Shown: positions 15,900-24,235 of the stretch, piece after piece
How the letters are laid out: the number at the start of each line of letters is the position of its first letter
How positions within the stretch are numbered: the first letter of the stretch is position 1
Assembly (NCBI GenBank): GCA_050298055.1
Contig: JBNKTL010000059.1
Coordinates: 1 to 24,382, forward strand
Origin: Spirochaetota bacterium
Lineage (GTDB): Bacteria; Spirochaetota; UBA4802; UBA5550
Direction of reading: 5' to 3'
DNA length: 24,382 nucleotides
The notes under the pieces: generated by a model
What the model saw: only the letters and a program-made list of their open reading frames with translations
The model's database searches: none
What the model was told of the DNA's origin: nothing
Position numbers and translations under genes: made by a program

Positions 15900-17051
15900 T
15901 TAAAGGGCGGCCCTGTAGATTTCCTTAAGATCGTTCTCGGTAAGCGGTATCATATTCTGCGAATGGCACGGATCGGAAAAGGCGTAAGCGCCCAGTCTCT
16001 CTATATCCTCCCCGGATATTCCCCGGGAGGAAAGCCCCGGATCGATGCCCAGGGATTGAATAAATTCAAGCAGGCATCCGGAGAGCTTCTCTCCCCTGTA
16101 ATTTCGCTCCCGGAAAAGTCCGCGGACCCCATCAATTCTTCCCCGCTGATCATTATTTAAGCTGCTCTTCTCAAGGAATTCAAGAGAGGGGGGGATCATC
16201 AGTGCATTGGCAAGCCCGTGATGCATTCCGAAAAGGCTCGAGAGGGGATGCGCCAGGGAGTGGACCATCCCCAGCCCCTTTTGAAATGCCGTTGAACCCA
16301 TGGATGAGGCCAGGAGCATCTTCTCCCTGGCTTCAATGCTGTTTCCGGTTTTGCAGGCAACGGGGAGCCAGTCAAGGACCAGCTTCATTCCCTCCAGGGC
16401 TATCCCGTCGGCCATGGGGTGAAATCCCGCGGCGAAGTACGCCTCCATGCAGTGGGAGAAGGCATCGATTCCTGTTGCCGCGGTAAGGCCCGGGGGAAGT
16501 CCCGTTGTCATCTCCGGTTCAAGGACCGCGATCTTCGGCATAAGGTCGGGATGAAAGAAGATTGTTTTTTTCCCGGTCCCGGTGAGTACGATCACGCCTG
16601 AACGTCCCACCTCGCTCCCGGTCCCCGCTGTGGTGGGGATGGCGTAGAGGGGGGGCATGGGCCCGGTGATAAGCCTGTCTCCCCCCAGGGAGTCATCGTA
16701 CTGTTCCAGGGGCGGTTTATTTACAGTCAGTATCTTTATCACCTTCGCCGTATCCATGGGGCTCCCTCCCCCCAGGGCGATGAGGGAATCACACTTCTCT
16801 TTTTTATAGACCTCCACTCCGGCCCAAACATCCTGTTCGTCGGGATTCGGTTTCACCCTGTCAAAAACCACGTAAGCTGTTCCCCGGCGCTCAAGCCTGT
16901 CCGTAAGCATTTTCAAAAGACCCGAGCCGGCAATCCCGCTGTCAGTTACAACCAGTATCCTGGTGTGATCGTATTCTTTCAACCTGTTTATAAACTCATC
17001 CAGGGACCCCTGGCCGTAGAGTATTGTTGTGGGATAATTAAACTGCTGCAT
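15900..17051 (-). CDS. Iron-containing alcohol dehydrogenase
   Basis: GGGSPMD, PTTAGTGSE, DAFSHCMEAY, HSLAH, HHGLAN metal-binding motifs. Confidence 0.93.
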   Translation of the reverse strand: MQQFNYPTTILYGQGSLDEFINRLKEYDHTRILVVTDSGIAGSGLLKMLTDRLERRGTAYVVFDRVKPNPDEQDVWAGVEVYKKEKCDSLIALGGGSPMDTAKVIKILTVNKPPLEQYDDSLGGDRLITGPMPPLYAIPTTAGTGSEVGRSGVIVLTGTGKKTIFFHPDLMPKIAVLEPEMTTGLPPGLTAATGIDAFSHCMEAYFAAGFHPMADGIALEGMKLVLDWLPVACKTGNSIEAREKMLLASSMGSTAFQKGLGMVHSLAHPLSSLFGMHHGLANALMIPPSLEFLEKSSLNNDQRGRIDGVRGLFRERNYRGEKLSGCLLEFIQSLGIDPGLSSRGISGEDIERLGAYAFSDPCHSQNMIPLTENDLKEIYRAAL

Positions 17052-17072
17052 TTTTATTCTCTCTCATATTTA

Positions 17073-18947
17073 TCATTCAACTGCCCATTCAAGGCCAAGT
17101 TCGCGGATTTTGCCCCTGCGGATCTTTCCCGTGTCAGGGTCCCACCCCATCATGGAGTAGTATTCCCTCTTTATACGGGCAAGCGTCTCCGGGTCAACAT
17201 GTTTTCCCTGAGAGGGCCCGCCGGGAAGGGGATGAAAGAGCCGTTCCGGGAGAAGATCATCCCGGGAAGTCAATCCCCGCTTTTCATTCACTAATTTCAT
17301 CATGTTTATCCGCCTCTCGCCGGCCTTCATCAGCTCCCAGAAGGTCATCTCCCAGCCTGTTGCGCAGTTCACCAGGTCAACAAGTTCATTGTACGTGAAG
17401 AGGTTCCCCGGACCCCAGCAGAACATGCAGAGGGAAAGCGCGTCCAGGAGGCTGAAATAAATCTGGGACTGCAGGGCCATTCTCACCTTGGAGGTCCCGG
17501 TCGAATCAGCGGTATCAACATCATAGATACCCAGGCCCCTGGCGGCCTCGGACCCGCTTGTGATCAGCCAGTCGTGTTCCGAGGACATATGGTCGGGACC
17601 GATGGGGCATACGGCGTAGATGAGGGCCTGGCTCGGCTTCACCTGGGGCATGTGGACGGGGAGTCCCTCTCCCTTCACATGGACGGCATAGGGTTCCGTT
17701 GCGCTTCCGAAGAAGTCGATCATGGGGGAAAAACCCTCTGCCATGAGATCACCGGGCCCTTCCCTCTTTGCGATAAGCTCTATAAGCTTAAAAAGAGATT
17801 CCGGGTCCCCAAAGGAGAAGCTGTTCCCTCCCACCCTGTCCGGAGTAATGAGGCCCTTCTCCATGGACTCGAAGATATATCCCGCCACACTTCCCGTTGT
17901 TATGGTATCCAGTCCGTAGTTGTTGCAGAGCTCGTTGGCCTTTGCCACTGCCGCAGCATCGATTATATTGAGGTTCGACCCGAGCATCCCCAGGGTCTCA
18001 AATTCAGGGCCTCCCAGCCTGTCACTTACCGCATGGGGTGCATCAGACTTCACCATCTTCCTGCATCCCACAACGCACCCGAAGCATGTGGACCTGCCCG
18101 CGCCCAGAATCTTCTCGAAGTATTGGCCGTCAAGCTTCTCATGTTCCTCATGGTATCCCCGGGAATAATTCAGTGTGGCAAGGTTTCCCGCATTGGCCTG
18201 GAAGCTCAGAACCCCGGGGGTCCCGAACTTACTCAGTGTTTCGGGAAAACCGGAACCGGGGAGCCTTTCGGCGGCGGCCCTGTTCAGCTTCTTCAACCCT
18301 TCGGGGTCGCTGAATTCAGGCCCGCTTCCCCCCTTCACCACAACCGCCCGGAGGTTTTTGCTTCCCATGACCGCGCCCATGCCCGCCCTGCCGAAGGCGT
18401 CACAAGTGTCAGCAATGACATTGGCAAACCTCACCAGCTTTTCCCCCGCGGGACCGCACTGGACAACGGATGTGTCCTTTTCCCCGTGCTTTTCCCTGAG
18501 GATATCATAGACTTCCAGGACTGTCTTCCCGGAAAGGCCCCCTGCGTCCAGGATCTTTGCCTTACTTTTTTCTATGAACAGGTATGACGGATATTCCGCC
18601 CGTCCCTTCACCACAACAGCATCCAGGCCGGCCCTCTTGATCATGGGGCCTGTGCTTCCCCCGGCCTGGCTGTCACCGATAGTTCCGGTAAGAGGGGAGA
18701 GGGCGGTGAGACAGCACCTGCTGGCGCCGGAGACCTTTGTTCCCGTTGTAATACCGGGAGAGAGGGTCAGGATATTATCCGGGGAGAGGGGGTCAACAGC
18801 CGATACCCCTTCCGAGAGTATGAACCATGTCCCCATACTGCTTCCCCCGGGATACATCCGGTAGAAAGTTTCGTCCATGGAGAGAGTTTCGGTCTCCCCT
18901 GTTGTAAGGTTGACCTGCAATATCTTTCCGGTAATTCCTTTCGTCAT
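17073..18947 (-). CDS. aor: Aldehyde:ferredoxin oxidoreductase (tungsten/molybdenum AOR family)
   Basis: SPLTG...DSQAGG, GPAGEKLVRFA, GRAGMGAVMGSKNLRA, CFGCVVGC, GPEFET, GLDTIT, LSLCMF; 624 aa. Confidence 0.93.
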   Translation of the reverse strand: MTKGITGKILQVNLTTGETETLSMDETFYRMYPGGSSMGTWFILSEGVSAVDPLSPDNILTLSPGITTGTKVSGASRCCLTALSPLTGTIGDSQAGGSTGPMIKRAGLDAVVVKGRAEYPSYLFIEKSKAKILDAGGLSGKTVLEVYDILREKHGEKDTSVVQCGPAGEKLVRFANVIADTCDAFGRAGMGAVMGSKNLRAVVVKGGSGPEFSDPEGLKKLNRAAAERLPGSGFPETLSKFGTPGVLSFQANAGNLATLNYSRGYHEEHEKLDGQYFEKILGAGRSTCFGCVVGCRKMVKSDAPHAVSDRLGGPEFETLGMLGSNLNIIDAAAVAKANELCNNYGLDTITTGSVAGYIFESMEKGLITPDRVGGNSFSFGDPESLFKLIELIAKREGPGDLMAEGFSPMIDFFGSATEPYAVHVKGEGLPVHMPQVKPSQALIYAVCPIGPDHMSSEHDWLITSGSEAARGLGIYDVDTADSTGTSKVRMALQSQIYFSLLDALSLCMFCWGPGNLFTYNELVDLVNCATGWEMTFWELMKAGERRINMMKLVNEKRGLTSRDDLLPERLFHPLPGGPSQGKHVDPETLARIKREYYSMMGWDPDTGKIRRGKIRELGLEWAVE

Positions 18948-19047
18948 TTATTTCTCTTTTAATGTAAATGAAGAATATTTTCAGGAATATTTGATGTTTT
19001 GAAATGTCAAGGCTTTTAAAGGAGGGAATGTGCAACATGTAAACATG

Positions 19048-19081
19048 ATAAAAGGTCTCACGCGAAGATGAGACCTTTTAT
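19048..19081. terminator. Bidirectional intrinsic terminator
   Basis: ATAAAAGGTCTCA-CGCGAAGA-TGAGACCTTTTAT, perfect 13-bp stem just downstream of the 19104-19328 gene. Confidence 0.8.
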
Positions 19082-19103
19082 GAAAAAAAATTAATTTTTT
19101 TTA

Positions 19104-19328
19104 TTAACGTCCTGCAACCTTGCTCCCGCTGAGGGGCTGTCCGAACACAGGTGCAAGAACACAGATATTTAAAATCCCGGTAAGCACGGGAAGGGCGCCA
19201 ATGGCAGCGGTGATCAGACCGTTTGTTCCCCCGATACCCAGTAAACCCCATGCGATCACTCCGCCTCCAACAAGAATACGAAGAATACGCCCGGCCGGCG
19301 ATGCAATAAAGCTGAATAGTGAATTCAT
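19104..19328 (-). CDS. Small inner-membrane protein, YgaP/DUF2892-like
   Basis: Two hydrophobic helices; GRILRILVG...G..P..TG..N.C pattern; GAGGT RBS. Confidence 0.8.
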   Translation of the reverse strand: MNSLFSFIASPAGRILRILVGGGVIAWGLLGIGGTNGLITAAIGALPVLTGILNICVLAPVFGQPLSGSKVAGR

Positions 19329-19356
19329 TTTTTACCTCTCTTAAGAATAAATGTAC

Positions 19357-19497
19357 GTAACTACTTAGCTGTATGGCCAAAATATAGATGTTTAATAAAA
19401 TAACAGCCATGAGTCCCCGCCGCCGTCGGCGGCGGGGACTCATCAGTTATCTTTTATTCATTAACATATCTCATTTTATACATAGCTGAGTAATAAC
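19357..19497 (+). mobile_element. MITE-like repeat, copy 4 (141 bp, best preserved)
   Basis: Terminal inverted repeats GTAACTACTTAGCT / AGCTGAGTAATAAC; perfect 16-bp stem ATGAGTCCCCGCCGCC-GTC-GGCGGCGGGGACTCAT (19409-19443). Confidence 0.88.
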
Positions 19498-19634
19498 AAA
19501 TGTGGTTATAATTTATTCCAAAAGATCAGAATTGTCTGTGACTTTGGTCACCGAAGAACCGTTATTTTCCGAATTTTTCAGTAAGAGAGATAATTAAGTA
19601 TGCATGAGATTTCCGAAAGTTTTTTCCTTGTTAC

Positions 19635-20972
19635 TTAAGGACCGCCGGACTTCCACAGCCCCAACCGGTCCGGGTAAAAACCCGCTGAGACCTCGGTACT
19701 GGATACTCCGTATCCGACCAGTGTAAGACTTCCATCCTCCTCAATAAACACCTCCGGGTCCAGGACCCTGAAATCGTTCCAGGCAACCGGGGATGAGGGG
19801 GACAATACCGGGTTTCCCGCATAACGGGTCCAGGTAATTCCGTCTTCAGAGGTGGCAACACCGATAGATATCTCCTTCGTATCATCAAGGGGATGAATTA
19901 AGGCCGAGTACCACATAACATATCTCCCGCCCATAAACCGTACATGTGAATCCAGTATCGATTCGTCCCACTGACCGGCAACTCCTTCAAATACCGGGTT
20001 GCCGGAAAAAACGGTCCAGGTCTCCCCGTCTTCAGAGGTGAGCATACCGATCCTCATCTTACCACTGACATGGGAAAAGGAGGCCCCTGTATAATAAAGA
20101 CGCCAGATGCCATCGGGCCCCATAAGGGCGGAGGGGGAGGTCATGAAGTCACTGTCCCACGCGCCTGTTCCGGGACGGTAGAGGGGATTATCGCTTCGCT
20201 CCCACTGGGTCCCCTCAGCATCAAGGGAGGATGCCTGGCCCAGAGCGGGATCGGTAAAATAGTCGACGCTGTAACCCAGGTACCACATTTTCCACTTCTG
20301 GCTGGTTTTATCGAAACACAGGGATACGGTTTCACGAATATAGTCCCAGGGAAGGGGATCGGGGACGGCTTCAGCCGGTTTTTTGGGATAGATCACCGGC
20401 TCCGCATCCAGAACAAAATCAGTTCCGCTTTCAACTGCCCGGCCGATAACAGGCCAGAGTCCCCAGTCTCCCCCGGCGGAAAACCAGATCACCAGGGAAC
20501 TGTCATCCAGGCGTCCCACAGAAGGATCGGTATGGCCCAGGCATCCCCAGTCGGGGCAGGTCTGCAGATCAACCACGGGATTTCTTGAATCTTCCGTCCA
20601 GATAAGACCGCGGTCCGGAACAGGGATGATATTAATAATCTTTGAGGCGAATACGGTGCCTGACCCGTCATCGGCAGCGGCAACAACGGTCACTTTATCA
20701 GCACAGCGTACATCATCAAAACGTAAGGGTAATGTAATTGTGGTGACATTCCCTGAAGCCGGGGATATATCAAAAAGGGAACTGCAGTCATAATTATCCA
20801 CGGTAGCGGATACAACCTTCCAGAAAACACTTTCCTCTGAACCGGCGGTGAAGGTTACACTCTGACCGGCGTAGAGGTTTGTATCTGCCGGTTTGCTGTT
20901 TTCATCGCTGTTGCATCCAATAATAGCCAAAAAAAACAAAACGAGCATTGTTAATCTGAGAAAATTCTGCAT
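19635..20972 (-). CDS. Lipoprotein with five-bladed beta-propeller glycosidase-like domain (GH32/GH43/GH130-like fold)
   Basis: Lipobox LAIIG-C; repeated blades WD....P.......W.LYYTG....IG..TSEDG.TW....NPV. Confidence 0.8.
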   Translation of the reverse strand: MQNFLRLTMLVLFFLAIIGCNSDENSKPADTNLYAGQSVTFTAGSEESVFWKVVSATVDNYDCSSLFDISPASGNVTTITLPLRFDDVRCADKVTVVAAADDGSGTVFASKIINIIPVPDRGLIWTEDSRNPVVDLQTCPDWGCLGHTDPSVGRLDDSSLVIWFSAGGDWGLWPVIGRAVESGTDFVLDAEPVIYPKKPAEAVPDPLPWDYIRETVSLCFDKTSQKWKMWYLGYSVDYFTDPALGQASSLDAEGTQWERSDNPLYRPGTGAWDSDFMTSPSALMGPDGIWRLYYTGASFSHVSGKMRIGMLTSEDGETWTVFSGNPVFEGVAGQWDESILDSHVRFMGGRYVMWYSALIHPLDDTKEISIGVATSEDGITWTRYAGNPVLSPSSPVAWNDFRVLDPEVFIEEDGSLTLVGYGVSSTEVSAGFYPDRLGLWKSGGP

Positions 20973-21231
20973 GGGAGAACTCCAAATAAATATACCCTAT
21001 GAACCCGGAAGAGAACATCATTAAAATTTGTTTTAAAGAATCCCTTATATGAGAGTAATACCCGGGTACAGGTAAATTTATGTAAAAAAAAGTACTGATT
21101 CAGCAATTTTTTGTAAATAGGTGCTCCAAATAAATTTCAATAAATGACTTCTCAGCACAGGAAAGCGTCATCAGGGCAGGGAGGCTTACAAATACACTGG
21201 TTTTTCGCTTCAACCACCGGCCAACCGAGAA

Positions 21232-21948
21232 TTATAATTTAACCCTTTTCCCTTTCACAGTTGAATTATGAGAATCAATCCTGGCATTCTTTTCCCTGAT
21301 AAACAGGTTTTCTTTTCCCACGGCAGTGGAGCTCGTAAGTTTTATGAGCGCGTTGCCACCGGCATTGAATACCGTTGTATCGCTCCGGATACTTGAATTT
21401 ACAATGGATATTTTCGCATTATCGTTTGCCCGTATGGCTGTTTTACCGGTTTTGATCTCACTGTTGACTATTGTAATATCCGCATAATCTTTTGCTTTAA
21501 CAGCCGGTGAATCAGAATTGATCTGAACATTATTCAGGACAACACGACAGTTATCGCTTGCGTCAACCGAGGAGATTTCTCTGTTCACAATTGAGACACG
21601 CTCAACACCGGAACAAACGATTTCATCGGAAGAGAATATCCCCCGGAAGGGCAGACTCTTTGAAATGACCGTATAAACAATAAAGGGCAATAAAAGCAAG
21701 GGAAGGAACGCCAGCTTCTTCCCCGGGAAGGAGCTGCTGGTTTTGAGAAAATGACTGTTTTCAAATATTTCGATCTTCCAGTGAATATGAGAGGAATCAG
21801 TGAAACCTGATTCCGATACATCATGTTCCGGTTTTATGCGCAGTAATGTGCCGCAGTATGGGCAGGTGTAAGCGGAACTCTCAATATTCTCACCGGGAAT
21901 ACTGATATTCGCCCCGCAGTTAGGGCAGTTGTTTTTTACTTCATTCAT
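21232..21948 (-). CDS. Membrane protein with N-terminal zinc ribbon and C-terminal parallel beta-helix-like repeats
   Basis: CPNCG / CPYCG pair, one TM segment, repeats of A..A.DNA.I.IVNS.I. Confidence 0.75.
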   Translation of the reverse strand: MNEVKNNCPNCGANISIPGENIESSAYTCPYCGTLLRIKPEHDVSESGFTDSSHIHWKIEIFENSHFLKTSSSFPGKKLAFLPLLLLPFIVYTVISKSLPFRGIFSSDEIVCSGVERVSIVNREISSVDASDNCRVVLNNVQINSDSPAVKAKDYADITIVNSEIKTGKTAIRANDNAKISIVNSSIRSDTTVFNAGGNALIKLTSSTAVGKENLFIREKNARIDSHNSTVKGKRVKL

Positions 21949-22114
21949 TTAAATATAACCACAATTAAGATTAAGGGAGTCCCTCAAATTATTCTGATGA
22001 TGTTTCTTAATAAATATGTATTAAGTAAGAAAATTCAATTATCCTGTTATTTCAAGATAAAAAATTTTTTTTGAGGTACCTCTCTGTTCATTTATCCGGA
22101 AAAAAAATGATATG

Positions 22115-22253
22115 GTAACTACTGGGACAGGAATAAAAATAATAATATTCATTAATATGCATAACTGATATCTACCTGCCGTGAAGGGTGGCGGAGAGAT
22201 ATTATCGATATTTTGATAAATACACCTCTTTTTGTCATAGAACCGTGATGTTT
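22115..22253 (-). mobile_element. MITE-like repeat, degenerate copy with flanking direct repeat
   Basis: Begins GTAACTACT; CATAACTGATATCT...CTGCCG...GGTGGCGG..AGATAT decayed hairpin; flanked by GAAAAAAAATGATATG (22099-22114) and GAAAAAAAATCATATG (22254-22269). Confidence 0.75.
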
Positions 22254-22402
22254 GAAAAAAAATCATATGAATGTTTAAAAAAACTGCCTGAAATGTGTTT
22301 TTTGAGGTAGAAGATTCAGTTGGGATTATTGGAAAGAGAATGAAAACGGGATGAAGAATAAAATAAATAAAAGTCTATGATCTTACTACCGTGGAGGTGA
22401 AT

Positions 22403-23495
22403 ATGACAGGTCCTTGTTTTTTTCGATTATGTGTATTGATGACGATAATTATGAATTTACCCGGTTGCGGCAGTTCTCCCGATGGCAGCGAGGAATGCAC
22501 CAGCCTGGATTGTCTGACATCAAAATATAACCTTCTCATCGCCGATATTGACGGGAACAATATCTCGGTTCTGCTATCCAGCAGCTGGCAGGATATGACT
22601 CACCCCCGTGTTTCTGCTGACAGGAACTGGGTTGCGTACACCACTTACAATACTGCAGATGCGGACGGATGTGCCTTCTACCACACCCGTACAAATACAG
22701 AGATTCGTGTAGTCAGCATGGACGGTACCAAGGACAAGCCGGTCATTCCCCCGGTGGTGACTGAGATCAACTCCAACAGCTACTGGTATGGAAGCGCCAA
22801 TGAGTTCACCTTTCTCTCAGGTGCCGGCGGGGCGACAAAACTGTATCGCGCTCAACTGGATACATTAATGAACCTGGTTTCCGGCCCTGCGGAGATCCCG
22901 GTCCCCCCTGCAATTATTCCCCCCTTAGACCCGGCTGCTCAGGCAGCAACGTGGAAAAATCGTTTATGCCGGACTGTATAACAGCGGGGGTATTGTAAAA
23001 AGCATATTTATTATGAACATTGCAGACAGCTCATCTTTTGATGCCCTGAGCCTGGGGCGGGACAGTACGGGGAAGATTCTCTATGGCAATGATGTTTTCG
23101 AAAATGATCCGAAGATATCTCCGGATGGTGACAAGGTGGCATTTATGCGGATTGCGCCAAAATCCGGTGCCGATGGATTTGGCTGGCACATCTTCATCGT
23201 CACTATTGCAGATCCATTAAATGAAACAGATATCTCAATGGCAGACCTGGGATCAAATACGAACGTTCATGATACGCTTCCGGAATGGATCAATAATGAT
23301 ACACTTGTGATTTCACAGATGGACCAGGATACAGATACCCGGGAGATCTATACTATGAACGATGACGGTTCCAACCGGACAAAAGTAAACCTGCCGGACG
23401 GTTACCGTTATGCGGATGTTTTTACGTTTACCCGCAGTAACGGAGAAACAAAATTACTCATTTCGGCAGAAAAAATATCCGCCGACTGTCACTAG
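22403..23495 (+). pseudogene. TolB/WD40-like beta-propeller lipoprotein split by a frameshift near 22952
   Basis: GGAGG RBS, lipobox LPG-C, HPRVSADRNWVAY and DPKISPDGDKVAF blades; frame 1 ...PAAQAAT joins frame 2 GKIVYAGLY...IMNIAD if one base near 22952 is removed. Confidence 0.72.
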
Positions 23496-23625
23496 ATGAG
23501 TCCGAAAGGAGTCGCAGCTCATAAAAGGAAAGATATCCCGGTAAACGAACTCTTTACAGAATCCGGATTCAATTCATTCACCTCAGTTTTATACACCGGA
23601 ACCGTACAGCATTCAGGAGAAAACC

Positions 23626-24132
23626 CTAAAACAACAACCGGATACGCAACCCTAACTCAGTTATATAACCCACCACCCTGCCGGAGATATTCCCGGATTG
23701 ATCTATGATATAGATAGTGGGAAATGCCTCAATTTTATAATTTTTGCGGACCTCTTCACTGCCCAGCAAAACGGGAACTGTAAGTTTATGGTCCTCCGCG
23801 AAGGCCCTGACTTCTTCTCTGCGGGAATAGGAGAGGGCTACTGCATAAATATCAACATCCTCCCGGTCAAGTGCCTCCCTGAGACTGACAATGTTATGGG
23901 AGGAGAGATTGCACACCGTGCACCAGGGGGCAAAGAAATAGAGAACGGTTTTTTTCTTCCCCGAAGAATCCAGGGTGATGGTATCGTCATCAAGCGACTG
24001 CAGGGAAAAGCCGGGGGCTTTTTCCGATACTTCCAGGAGGTTACGGTTCTGCCAGAGGGTCACCGCGGCGAACGCTGCTATGATCATCAGCAGGTTAAGA
24101 AATATGGATTTCAGTCTCTTTTTGTTTAACAT
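23626..24132 (-). CDS. Membrane-anchored TlpA/ResA-like thiol-disulfide oxidoreductase (redoxin)
   Basis: N-terminal TM helix, APGFSL, FFAPWCTVC, FPTIYIID..G; ATG at 24132 with AGGAG RBS. Confidence 0.9.
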   Translation of the reverse strand: MLNKKRLKSIFLNLLMIIAAFAAVTLWQNRNLLEVSEKAPGFSLQSLDDDTITLDSSGKKKTVLYFFAPWCTVCNLSSHNIVSLREALDREDVDIYAVALSYSRREEVRAFAEDHKLTVPVLLGSEEVRKNYKIEAFPTIYIIDQSGNISGRVVGYITELGLRIRLLF

Positions 24133-24235
24133 GAAAGCTCCTTCTGTTAAGCCAAAATATATCAGCTCCATGATTTTTAAAGAAAAAAATTAAAAGGAAC
24201 CTTTTGGCAAATAATTTTTTTCAATGAAGCCCTCA

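Noticed and set aside
14961..16160. 399-aa plus-strand ORF
   Set aside because: Antisense shadow of the GS-like and Fe-ADH genes; no recognisable motifs.
17574..18587. 337-aa plus-strand ORF
   Set aside because: Antisense shadow of the AOR gene in GC-rich coding DNA.
18972..19010. Sigma70 promoter for the AOR operon (TTGACA on the minus strand at 19005-19010)
   Set aside because: No convincing -10 box at 16-18 nt spacing.
19078..19443. 121-aa minus ORF starting MSPRRRRRRG
   Set aside because: Starts inside the MITE hairpin and overlaps the YgaP-like gene out of frame.
22039..22266. 75-aa minus ORF
   Set aside because: Runs across a degenerate MITE copy; low-complexity, no RBS.
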